A stretch of 43,245 bases of DNA from Acidobacteriota bacterium (GTDB lineage: Bacteria > Acidobacteriota > UBA6911 > JACQSX01), in the NCBI GenBank assembly GCA_036507075.1, contig DASXQR010000062.1, positions 1 to 43,245 on the forward strand. Reading direction: 5' to 3'. Shown in pieces: positions 35,017-43,245 of this stretch. The notes beneath the pieces are model-generated. The model had not been told where the DNA came from. It searched no databases and saw nothing but the letters and a program-made list of their open reading frames with translations. Each line of letters opens with the position of its first letter. The first letter of the stretch is position 1. The position numbers were made by a program, and so were the translations under genes.

Positions 35017-36735
35017 CTAGGCCACGGCAGTCTGCGGCAGGTCACCGTTGTCAGGGCGCAGGTACTTCCAGTAGTGAGGCTTAACGGATGCCAGCAGGTC
35101 GGCTCGGGTTTTCAGCGCCAGCGGCCTGCCCTCGTAGAGTTTCCCCATGCGCTGCATCCACGTTTCTGGAAGCAAACCGGCGAACATCCAGAGCGGCCAG
35201 GTGAAGTTGGGACCATTGCTGCGGCGCAGGCGCGCCAGCCACAGTACCAGCGCGCCGACCTTGAAGACGGTAGGTCCCCACCAACTGTACAGGCCGGGCC
35301 TTAGATTCATCTTCCAGCATTTCAAAATCAACTGCCACTGCAGCGGTGAAAGATCCCTGGTCTGCGTCACACCGCGGTCCTTCTCCATCAATGTTCCTTC
35401 AAGCGGCGTAAACACGGAGGGAACCAGAAAACCAAATAACCGGCGCCGCTCCATTTCAAAAATCAAATCCAGCGTCGCTTTGACATCCTCGTCCGTTTCG
35501 CCCGGATTACCAACCATCAGAGTCAACATCGGAAACCAGTTGTTCCGGTTCAGAATCTCCAGCCCCCGGATTACGACGCTGGGCCAGTCTTCAATTCTGA
35601 ATGGAAGCCCTTTTCCTGCCATCACTCGTTTCGCCATGGGAACAGAGCCGGTCTCGAGGCCGATCAGCGGCACTAACGCCTTTTTCTCCGGATGCGTACT
35701 CAATGCGGGCAGGTGGATCGGGCTTTTTGGCAGCAGGATGTCTGAAAGCCTGCGAATCAGCTCGGGATCGACAACGGAGGGAGCCATAGTGGAATGGCTC
35801 AGGACGTGCTGCTCCACGCCAGGATAGGAAGCTATCCCGGAATAGAGATCCAGCAGCGCTTCGCGGTTGGGAAAAAAGAACGGAGTCTCGGTGCGCACCT
35901 GGCCCCAGATAAACATGTCCTCCGTTGCCAGAGAAATTTGCCCGTTTCCGTTTTCCACATTCGCCCGCACGGCTTTCATGATCTCGTTCTTGGGCAAGTC
36001 GATCTGCGGATTCAGATCGGGCATGCAAAACTGGCAACGTCTGCCGCAGCCGGTGGTCATCTCCACCACACCAAAAGTGGTCGGTTTGTCCGGAAACAGA
36101 ATTGCCTCCGGATTGTTCGGATGAGCCACATTGACCTGTTCGGGCAGCGCTTCGCAATTAATGGCCTTTCGAAACAGGTCCAGCGTGTCAGCCGACTCGC
36201 TCCGGCCGTCCACCACACAATCAATTCCAAGCGAAGCCGCCGAACCGGTTTTGTTGACCTGCCAGCCTCCGGATCCACCTACGATCACCTTGAAGTTTTC
36301 CCGGTAGGAGCTGCTCTGAACTCTTGAAAACAGAGCCTTGGCATAGTGCGCATTGATGGTTTCGCTTGAAGTGCCGAACAGCGAAGTGTAAACACCCGAG
36401 GCAAAAGTAACCCCCAACGGATTGTGTGTGGAGATGGCCACCACGCGTGTGGACGGACCGATGAACCGCTCCAGATCATGCGGATAGCAGACCGCCACGT
36501 TTTGGTCGCCGAATTCGCGCGCCAAAACTTTTTCCAGCACGCGCAAACCGGCGGGCGCGGACCGCGCAGAACCGTCTTCGAACCGTTTGACGGCCTGCCA
36601 CTCCGGGTACTTTTTGTTGAAGACGAATTCCATCCACACCGGCATCGACGCCATTCCCATCTGAATGAAATAGCCTGCGTGGTCGATCATCTCCGTGAAA
36701 GGCGCCGTCAGGACAATAAGCGTTCCGCTGTGCAT
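35017..36735 (-). CDS. Radical SAM protein with N-terminal B12-binding-like domain
   Basis: CGRRCQFC (CxxxCxxC); APAGLR, VVAISTHNPLG, VIVGGSGGWQ, IGLETGS, GNPGETDED; AGGAG RBS before ATG 36735. Confidence 0.85.
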   Translation of the reverse strand: MHSGTLIVLTAPFTEMIDHAGYFIQMGMASMPVWMEFVFNKKYPEWQAVKRFEDGSARSAPAGLRVLEKVLAREFGDQNVAVCYPHDLERFIGPSTRVVAISTHNPLGVTFASGVYTSLFGTSSETINAHYAKALFSRVQSSSYRENFKVIVGGSGGWQVNKTGSAASLGIDCVVDGRSESADTLDLFRKAINCEALPEQVNVAHPNNPEAILFPDKPTTFGVVEMTTGCGRRCQFCMPDLNPQIDLPKNEIMKAVRANVENGNGQISLATEDMFIWGQVRTETPFFFPNREALLDLYSGIASYPGVEQHVLSHSTMAPSVVDPELIRRLSDILLPKSPIHLPALSTHPEKKALVPLIGLETGSVPMAKRVMAGKGLPFRIEDWPSVVIRGLEILNRNNWFPMLTLMVGNPGETDEDVKATLDLIFEMERRRLFGFLVPSVFTPLEGTLMEKDRGVTQTRDLSPLQWQLILKCWKMNLRPGLYSWWGPTVFKVGALVLWLARLRRSNGPNFTWPLWMFAGLLPETWMQRMGKLYEGRPLALKTRADLLASVKPHYWKYLRPDNGDLPQTAVA

Positions 36736-36832
36736 CTTTTCTCCTGTGTGAAACTTCGGCAATGGCGAGGTCTGCGGTGGGAGCATAATGCGATCCCCGG
36801 GTGTTTTTCAATTCTTAAATACAGGATTTCCA

Positions 36833-36963
36833 GCCACGAAGACACGAAGGCACGAAGATCTGACGGTCAATCAGAAGTGACACTGGCGCAACTACCCCTG
36901 AACATCATTCAGACGCGTCACTCAAGCTTTATCGCCCCCTTCGTGTCTTCGTGTCTTCGTGGC
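36833..36963. repeat. Palindromic element family A, copy 4
   Basis: gccacgaagacacgaaggcacgaag ... gaagtgacact ... gcgtcactc ... cttcgtgtcttcgtgtcttcgtggc. Confidence 0.9.
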
Positions 36964-36979
36964 ACATTCTGCATTTCGG

Positions 36980-39841
36980 TTACTGCCGCTTCACCCAGAT
37001 GGCCGAGGACCATGCCATCATTTCGTTTTCCTGAATCACGCGCACGTAGTAATAGTTCCCGGAGGGCTGGACGTTTGTGTCCTGATCCAAATACGAAATC
37101 TCCGCTTCCCTTTTCCCCGGTTTGGCGGTGTAAACGAACTTGTTGTTGCGGACGATATCCACCTGGCGGATTGGTCCCGTTCCGAGCACCTTAACCGCCA
37201 GCCGGGGCGGCGCCGCAAGTGTCACCTCATCGCCCATGAACGCATCGCCGATCCTGAAATCAATGACGATGTTGTCTGTGGCCGCAAACGTGTGCCGATT
37301 ACGAATCGCCTCCACAATCGCCTCGCGGGTGAAGTCGGTTGCATACACTCCCGCATACGACTGGTGAGTGGATCCGTGATCGGAGCTGGCGATCACTCCA
37401 ATGCGATAACCGCGCTCCAATGCGTCCCAGAGAAAATTCCCTTTCTTTTCAAGTGCAGAACGGCCACGGCTTTCCTCCGGCTTTGCGCCCGCATATTCGT
37501 ATGAACTGCGCGCTCCCTGATACATTTCCATTACCGGAGAGCCCACCGGATCATGGTACTCCCAGCTTACGTTCGGCTGAGTCTTCTCGGCGATCGTATG
37601 AGGGATTGCAATTCCGCCGGTGCGGCGCAGGCGCTCCCACAATCCCAAAGGAATATTCTCCGAAGCGAGCCGGCGGTCTCCCGGGATCAGCTCATTTTTC
37701 CGGTTGGGCCAGATCACGTTGCGGTGGCCGCCTGGCGCTACCATGCTTCGTTCATATCCATACAGCGAGACAAATCGTCCCGGAAGCATATGCAGGTCTG
37801 CGTTCTTCTGCGTTACCCACCAGGCGTATTCATCCAGGCCATCCGACCAGGCATTGCCGGTGGTCAGATTGTGATCCGTTGTCGCCATGAAATCGAGTTC
37901 AGCGGCATCGAGCGCGTAGCGATACAAATCGGGAACCGAAGGATCCGTGCCACCGTGACCACGAATGTCTGTGTGGCGATGCAGATCGCCGTAGAACAAA
38001 CGGTATTTTGTTGAACCCGCCTGGGTCTGGTACCCCTTGTTGGGCGTAGGCGTGAATGTGGTCGATGGAGCGGAGACAGGCGCCTCGACAACACCCGACA
38101 GGGGCAACGTCGCGCTTGTGTCCTGCAGCCGCGCACAGTAAATATCCCACTGGCCCCGCCTTCCATTGCCCGCTCCGCGATAATCGGTGGAATATACAGC
38201 CCAGATGCTGCCGTCCGGGTGTGCCGCAAGCGAAAGCTCCTGAGTCAGGCGCCCGTCGCTGCGCGGCAACAGAACAGGCTCGGACCACTTAGCGCCGTCA
38301 TAAGAAACGGCATATTCATTCCAAACTTCGGGAGGGTTCTGGCGGCTGATCCACTGGCGGAAAACCAGCCACACTTTTCCTCCGGTATCGACTGCAAGCC
38401 TTGGCTGCTCCTGGAAATTCAACGGCATCTTCTGCAACGAAGAAGTGATTGTGTTTTGAAGCTGGAACCAGTGACCGTTTTGCCAGGAACGCAAGCCAAT
38501 CTGCCGGAAGGTATGCAGCATGGAGCCTTCATTGGTGCTTTCCTGACCGGTGTCCTTGCCCCATTTTGCGCCCGATTCCTCCCACGCGATCCAAAGCCGG
38601 TCGTGAGTGTCGAAGACGGCCGAGGCATGCGCCTCATAACTGGCGGTTGCGCTCACCGGAATCTCGCTTCCCAACTTCCCCTGCTGATCCACCGTTCGCA
38701 TATAAACGTCGTAATCGCCGTTGCGATACGTGTCCCACACCACCACGGCATTTCCGTTCTGATCCACTGCGATATCGGGATCCCAGTCGTTGGCTGGATG
38801 GCTGGTGACGCGAAACTCTCTGCCCGCTTTATCGAATCCAGGCGCCCGCCTGAGAAAGATATCGGAGTTGCCGTCGCGCAATCCCTGCCAGACCAGCCAG
38901 ATATTCCCCTGCCGGTCTGCGTGCGCGCGCGGGTGGATGTTGTTTCCCCCACCGTTGGTGAGACGCACCGCCTTTCCAATCGACGGAACCATTTGCCGAG
39001 CCCACAAATCAAATTGCCCGGCGTCAAGCTGGTTGTAAATCACCCACACGCGGCCTTTGCCATCGACTGCGACCAGCGTCGAGGCGCAAATTCCATTTCC
39101 CTCGGAAACTGCCAGCGGGCGGGAGAATCCGGATCTGTCCAGGGAACTGAATAAAACCTGGTCGCCCCCCTGTTGGTAGGAAATCCAGGCGGCGTGCAGC
39201 CGACCGTTCGGTCCCGCGGCTATTGACGGGTAATCCTCCTGCGCGGCCGTTTGAGTCACCGGAATATGGAGCGCCGCCGCTCTTTCAATTGAGGCTCTAC
39301 CGCTCAGAACAAGCGTCGGCTGTCGGTCGGAAATGGAGGAAAGCGCAGTCCGAAACTCGCCCTTAACCGTGTTTACGGTAAGGGTCGCATCCGCAGGGGC
39401 CCGAAGCTGCAGCCAGACCCCAACGGGTCGGGTGGGTGATGATCCGTAGCGATTGCGCCGCGGTCCCCCTCCGGCTTCCGGTTCGCCTCCCGCATTGCGG
39501 GACGTGTCGAAATTGGCGGCCTTACTTTTCACCTGCCAGGACACAGTGGGAAGATGGACCTGCTCGATCCCATCAAACACCCATCCCTGAATGTCGAGGA
39601 ATTCACCCCTATCAAGATGGGCCACGCCATCCCAGTCTGCCGGCTCGGCATCCTGGAGACCGAATGTAATTTTGAGAGTGAGCGGAACAGAAGCTACATC
39701 GAAGGGCTGCGCGACCGCCTCTGCGACCGGTGGAATAGCAACACCGGCTGCAACGAAGCGGTAGAGGTCTGGTTTTAACCAGAGGCCTGCAAACAGACCG
39801 AAAACCAAAAAGACGGCGGCGGCGAGAAATCTCCGGGTCAT
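36980..39841 (-). CDS. Large secreted protein: beta-propeller repeats + PHP-like (DUF3604-type) domain
   Basis: Signal/TM; repeated P.IAVD..G..WVVW blades; YGDLHRHT, TDHN, GYE, GHRN, IPHT, SSDH; GGAGG RBS. Confidence 0.8.
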   Translation of the reverse strand: MTRRFLAAAVFLVFGLFAGLWLKPDLYRFVAAGVAIPPVAEAVAQPFDVASVPLTLKITFGLQDAEPADWDGVAHLDRGEFLDIQGWVFDGIEQVHLPTVSWQVKSKAANFDTSRNAGGEPEAGGGPRRNRYGSSPTRPVGVWLQLRAPADATLTVNTVKGEFRTALSSISDRQPTLVLSGRASIERAAALHIPVTQTAAQEDYPSIAAGPNGRLHAAWISYQQGGDQVLFSSLDRSGFSRPLAVSEGNGICASTLVAVDGKGRVWVIYNQLDAGQFDLWARQMVPSIGKAVRLTNGGGNNIHPRAHADRQGNIWLVWQGLRDGNSDIFLRRAPGFDKAGREFRVTSHPANDWDPDIAVDQNGNAVVVWDTYRNGDYDVYMRTVDQQGKLGSEIPVSATASYEAHASAVFDTHDRLWIAWEESGAKWGKDTGQESTNEGSMLHTFRQIGLRSWQNGHWFQLQNTITSSLQKMPLNFQEQPRLAVDTGGKVWLVFRQWISRQNPPEVWNEYAVSYDGAKWSEPVLLPRSDGRLTQELSLAAHPDGSIWAVYSTDYRGAGNGRRGQWDIYCARLQDTSATLPLSGVVEAPVSAPSTTFTPTPNKGYQTQAGSTKYRLFYGDLHRHTDIRGHGGTDPSVPDLYRYALDAAELDFMATTDHNLTTGNAWSDGLDEYAWWVTQKNADLHMLPGRFVSLYGYERSMVAPGGHRNVIWPNRKNELIPGDRRLASENIPLGLWERLRRTGGIAIPHTIAEKTQPNVSWEYHDPVGSPVMEMYQGARSSYEYAGAKPEESRGRSALEKKGNFLWDALERGYRIGVIASSDHGSTHQSYAGVYATDFTREAIVEAIRNRHTFAATDNIVIDFRIGDAFMGDEVTLAAPPRLAVKVLGTGPIRQVDIVRNNKFVYTAKPGKREAEISYLDQDTNVQPSGNYYYVRVIQENEMMAWSSAIWVKRQ

Positions 39842-39884
39842 GGTGGGTGGCCTCCCGGCTGGAAGTTTTACCACGTTATTGCAG

Positions 39885-40160
39885 AAAATTTAACCGCCAA
39901 GAGTGCGGGGTAGTGGTTTAGTTTGGCTGCCATCGGCAAGCGTTTGGACATTTTTGAGAGTGGAGAGACGGCCCGATGGCCGTCTCGGGCGAAGTCGACG
40001 GCAGCGCAATCCCGCGACATTCCCTGAGACGTCCCTCAGGACGTCTCTCCGCGAGGCGAAGCCGCGCCGCCGTGAGCTCGGGAAAGTGCGACGTGGTCAA
40101 TTATCAGCCGGGCCTTTAGCGCTGTCCTGGCGCTCCGGGCGATCTTGGCGGTTAAGTTTT
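39885..40160. repeat. Nested element: TTAACCGCCAAGA arms enclosing REP-like copy 2 (39962-40050)
   Basis: aaaatttaaccgccaaga ... tcttggcggttaagtttt; inner ggagagacggcccgatggccgtctc...gagacgtccctcaggacgtctctcc. Confidence 0.8.
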
Positions 40161-40264
40161 TCGCCAGCCGACTCATCATTCATGGCCCAGAAGTAGACTG
40201 CCACCAGCAGGGTGATTACGATAATGGCCGAGAAGAGAAAAAAGAGGGCAAAGTAAAAATTCAT
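40097..40264 (-). CDS. Small single-pass membrane protein (55 aa), absent from the ORF track
   Basis: Own translation MNFYFALFFLFSAIIVITLLVAVYFWAMNDESAGEKLNRQDRPERQDSAKGPADN; GGAG 6 nt upstream. Confidence 0.55.
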   Translation of the reverse strand: MNFYFALFFLFSAIIVITLLVAVYFWAMNDESAGEKLNRQDRPERQDSAKGPADN

Positions 40265-40276
40265 TCTATGCTCCAA

Positions 40277-40309
40277 AACAAAAAAGGCGCCCTGGGGCGC
40301 CTTTTTGTT
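40277..40309 (-). terminator. Intrinsic (probably bidirectional) terminator
   Basis: aaaaaggcgccctggggcgccttttt GC stem with T-tracts on both strands, ~20 bp after the stop at 40328. Confidence 0.8.
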
Positions 40310-40327
40310 CGGACGTGAGCAAGATCT

Positions 40328-40852
40328 TTACGCGACGTCAAAAGCATCTTCCGCTTCCAAGGCATCTTCATCGGCGGGAGTGCTGTCTTTTTCCAATGCT
40401 TTGATATCCGCTTCGGAGTAGGAGCGTGTCTTTCGGTTGTACAGGCGGCCGTTCTTGGACTTCCGAATCAAGTACAGATCGTCCCAGCATTTCTGACAAC
40501 GGTCCAGGTGGTACAGGATGTCGAGCTTTTCGTCCAATTCCATCCGACCTTCTGCAAAAGCGATCAACTTGCGCCTGCTGCAACCATTCAATGCGGCGCG
40601 GGAACGGAAAGCTTTCTTCCTGCTTTGAATTCCGACAGGGGGCTTCATCGAGACCCTGGTTTTTTCTTTCGCTTTTTTGCCGGAAGCCTTTCTGGCACGA
40701 GCCTTGCTTAACCGCGGAGAGGTTCTGGCAGAGGTTCGGGAATATGCCTTCCGCGAGGATCGTGCTTTTACAATACGGGTTTTCCTCGCCGCCTTCTTGC
40801 GGAGCTTGGCGGCTTTCGCTCCTGCTCTCCTCGGTTTTCGAGCAGTTTTCAT
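40328..40852 (-). CDS. Basic histone-like N-terminus + zf-HC2 (anti-sigma type) zinc motif + acidic tail
   Basis: ~85 aa K/R/A/S-rich region; C...HLDRCQKC; acidic C-terminus; purine-rich RBS region and downstream terminator. Confidence 0.7.
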   Translation of the reverse strand: MKTARKPRRAGAKAAKLRKKAARKTRIVKARSSRKAYSRTSARTSPRLSKARARKASGKKAKEKTRVSMKPPVGIQSRKKAFRSRAALNGCSRRKLIAFAEGRMELDEKLDILYHLDRCQKCWDDLYLIRKSKNGRLYNRKTRSYSEADIKALEKDSTPADEDALEAEDAFDVA

Positions 40853-40954
40853 TTCGTTTGCTGTTCCTTTCCTCAGAAGAGAGGCAAGTTTGAACTATTT
40901 TGCCAAAAAGGCAAGAAAATTCATGTTGTCTCTTTGGTAGATTATACGAGAATC

Positions 40955-41087
40955 TGTGGAAAACCGGTCTGTTAAACTAGTTTTCCACAGGGGGGGCAAT
41001 CCTGCAACTTGCAGTTTAACCGCGGGTTATAGTCAGAAATAATTTTCACAGCCCATCCTGTGGAAAACCAGTGGAGATCTTTCCACC
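40955..41087. promoter_or_regulatory. Cluster of DnaA-box-like 9-mers
   Basis: TGTGGAAAA 40955-40963, TTTTCCACA 40981-40989 and TGTGGAAAA 41059-41067 match TTWTNCACA; near matches at 41042 and 41079. Confidence 0.55.
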
Positions 41088-41190
41088 CAGCGCATGCCGA
41101 ATTGGATCTCCAAAACGTAAAAGGACTGTTAAAATAACGCTTTCATACTGTTAACTAAGCACATCCGGATTTTTGCAACGATAAGAAACC

Positions 41191-41994
41191 ATGCCAAGAA
41201 GCCAAAAGTTGACTGATTTAGTAGGACTTCCATTAGAAGAGCTCAGGGAGGACATTACCTCGCTCCGAGATCTTCAGAATCGAATCATGCCCGCCTGCTG
41301 CGAAAGGGTCGTTTTCGGCGATTTTGACGTCTACGGAGCCACGCTGTCGCTGGCGATCGTCGGAGGTGATTTTTACGACTTCATTGAACTGGAAAAGCGA
41401 TTTGGGCTGAAAGGCCGGCTGGGCATCATCATCGCGGATGCTTCCGGACATGGTCTTTCGGCGGCCATGCTGATCCGGGATCTGAACACGGCTATTTATA
41501 CCGGCATTTCGTTTCAGTCACACTATGAAGGAGAAACCACTCCCCTGCTTTTCAAAAAGATCAACAAGCGCATGTTCAACTCGTCCCAACCAAACTCCTT
41601 TATCTCCTGTTTTTATGGGGAGCTCCATCAGGACGGCTTGCTCAAGTACATCAATGCGGGGCATCCGGCTCCGATTCTGGTAAAGGCCACCAATGAAGCG
41701 GTGGCCTTGAGCCAGGGAGGACCTGTGTTGGGAGCGGTATATGACTTTGGGGCCGACTACAAGGTTGGCGGCGTGACGATGAGCCCGGGAGATGTGCTTG
41801 CGGTTTTTACCGACGGCGTCCTTGAAGCGCGCAATAGGAAGGGAGAGGAGTTTGGCGCAACCCGGCTGGTCGAAAGCCTTATCAGGCACCGCCACAAGTC
41901 GTCGCTGGAAATCTTTCGGGCCATTGTCGCTCGCGTAAAACGGTTCCGGAGCGAAGTCGTCGATGACCTGACGCTGATCATTATTAAGCGCTAA
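41191..41994 (+). CDS. PP2C/SpoIIE (RsbU-like) serine phosphatase, stand-alone
   Basis: VGGDFYDF, IADASGHGLSAA, INAGHP, FTDGVLEA, DDLTLIII. Confidence 0.92.
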   Translation: MPRSQKLTDLVGLPLEELREDITSLRDLQNRIMPACCERVVFGDFDVYGATLSLAIVGGDFYDFIELEKRFGLKGRLGIIIADASGHGLSAAMLIRDLNTAIYTGISFQSHYEGETTPLLFKKINKRMFNSSQPNSFISCFYGELHQDGLLKYINAGHPAPILVKATNEAVALSQGGPVLGAVYDFGADYKVGGVTMSPGDVLAVFTDGVLEARNRKGEEFGATRLVESLIRHRHKSSLEIFRAIVARVKRFRSEVVDDLTLIIIKR

Positions 41995-42047
41995 GAAGTC
42001 CGATCGCGGAAAATCTCTGCCTTTCGCCATGATTTTCCAGCGTACTT

Positions 42048-42205
42048 CCAAATGCGGATTTCGGAATGCGGAATGCGGAATTAGTCTAAGGTCAGCCTTG
42101 GCCATTTAACTTTAAACTCCCTATTCCCTATTCCGCATTCCGCATTCCCCATTCCCCATTCCCCATTCCCCATTCCGCATTCCGCATTCCGAAATCCGCA
42201 TTTGG
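42048..42205. repeat. Palindromic heptamer element family C, copy 2
   Basis: ccaaatgcggatttcggaatgcgg... spacer agtctaaggtcagccttgg... ccgcattccgaaatccgcatttgg. Confidence 0.92.
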
Positions 42206-42339
42206 GTCAGGCTTCTCGCCTGTTCCAATTTGGGATATCCTTATTAGTTTCAGCCCTGTCGCTTAAGGCTGCTTTCGAGCGCCAAGGTGAGCTATTGAGT
42301 ATCGGCGGACTTAGCCGATTCTGAACGGAGTAAATCAAA

Positions 42340-42900
42340 ATGATCCCCGCGACACGAATTCGTAAAGGAATGATCCTGCTTTACGAGGGCACGCCGCACC
42401 GAGTCCTCGATTTTCATCATCATACCCCCGGCAATCTCCGCGCCATGGTACAGACCAAGCTTCGCAACCTGAAGAACGGATCCAGTCTTGATATCCGTTT
42501 CCGCGCCAGCGACGTGGTGGAAAAGGCGGCGCTCGAAGAGCATGAGATGGAATACCTCTACAGTGATGGAGACATGCACTACTTCATGAATTCTGAGAAT
42601 TATGAGCAGATCGCGCTAAACAGCGAAACACTTGGCGAAGCTGTCGATTATCTGATTCCCAACCTGAAAATCCAGGTGGAGTTCTTCGAAGGCCAGCCGA
42701 TTGGAATTGAGCTTCCCGCGGTTGTGGAACTGACCGTCGTGGAAACCGAACCAGAATTGAGAGGCGCCACGGTGAGCAATGTGATGAAGCCGGCCAAACT
42801 GGAAACAGGAGTGGTCGTGCAGGTTCCTCCTTTTATAAAGGAAGGAGAGCGCATCCGCGTCGACCCGAGCGAGGGCCGTTACGTCGAGCGAGCGCGCTAG
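42340..42900 (+). CDS. efp: Translation elongation factor P
   Basis: [50 protein letters not shown]. Confidence 0.96.
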   Translation: MIPATRIRKGMILLYEGTPHRVLDFHHHTPGNLRAMVQTKLRNLKNGSSLDIRFRASDVVEKAALEEHEMEYLYSDGDMHYFMNSENYEQIALNSETLGEAVDYLIPNLKIQVEFFEGQPIGIELPAVVELTVVETEPELRGATVSNVMKPAKLETGVVVQVPPFIKEGERIRVDPSEGRYVERAR

Positions 42901-42901
42901 T

Positions 42902-43100
42902 TTGTCCGTGGTCATTCAAGTGCGGAATGCAGAAATGTAGAATGCGGAATGCGGAATGCGGAATTAGTCTAAGGTCAGCCTTGGTGATTTAACCCTAAAC
43001 TCCCTATTCCGCATTTCGCATTCCGCATTCCGCGTTCCGCATTCCGCATTCCGAAATCCGCATTATGGACCACTGACCACTGACACGGACAACTGACCAC

Positions 43101-43101
<1 letters not shown>
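42902..43101. repeat. Nested element: GTGGTCA/TGACCAC arms enclosing family C copy 3 (42918-43064)
   Basis: ttgtccgtggtca ... [aatgcgg array, spacer, ccgcatt array] ... ggaccactgaccactgacacggacaa. Confidence 0.85.

Positions 43102-43245
<144 letters not shown>

Noticed and set aside
32969..36735. RiPP cluster in which the radical SAM cross-links the WxD motifs of the S8 tail
   Set aside because: No SPASM Cys cluster or RRE is visible, and a separate sigma54-type promoter lies between the genes. Kept only as a remote possibility testable by co-occurrence.

Overview
A 43 kb bacterial chromosomal segment, most likely Acidobacteriota (inferred from EF-P with a PGNL loop, TonB-receptor-type motifs and the secreted-protein families present). 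Core genes: addB/addA, gltA, efp and the 3' end of serS. Accessory genes: a MacAB-type ABC export operon with three tandem periplasmic adaptors, secreted hydrolases (M14, M49/DPP III, S8, MBL, two PHP-domain proteins, DUF1080), TerC, a CsgG-like protein, a radical SAM enzyme with a B12-binding-type N-terminus, and a PP2C phosphatase. I see no rRNA, tRNA, CRISPR, transposase or integrase. Two things stand out. (1) A candidate sigma54-driven two-gene unit pairs a secreted subtilase ending in ~11 Trp-centred acidic hexapeptide repeats with an output-less membrane sensor-like protein, a possible peptide-signalling or assembly system. (2) A dense population of palindromic elements, mostly built from 7-10 bp tandem units, fills many intergenic gaps; they nest inside each other, carry variable spacers, and several lie in frame within proteins (AddB, AddA, M14 peptidase, a small membrane protein). 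All functional calls come from motif recognition only; no database searches were run.
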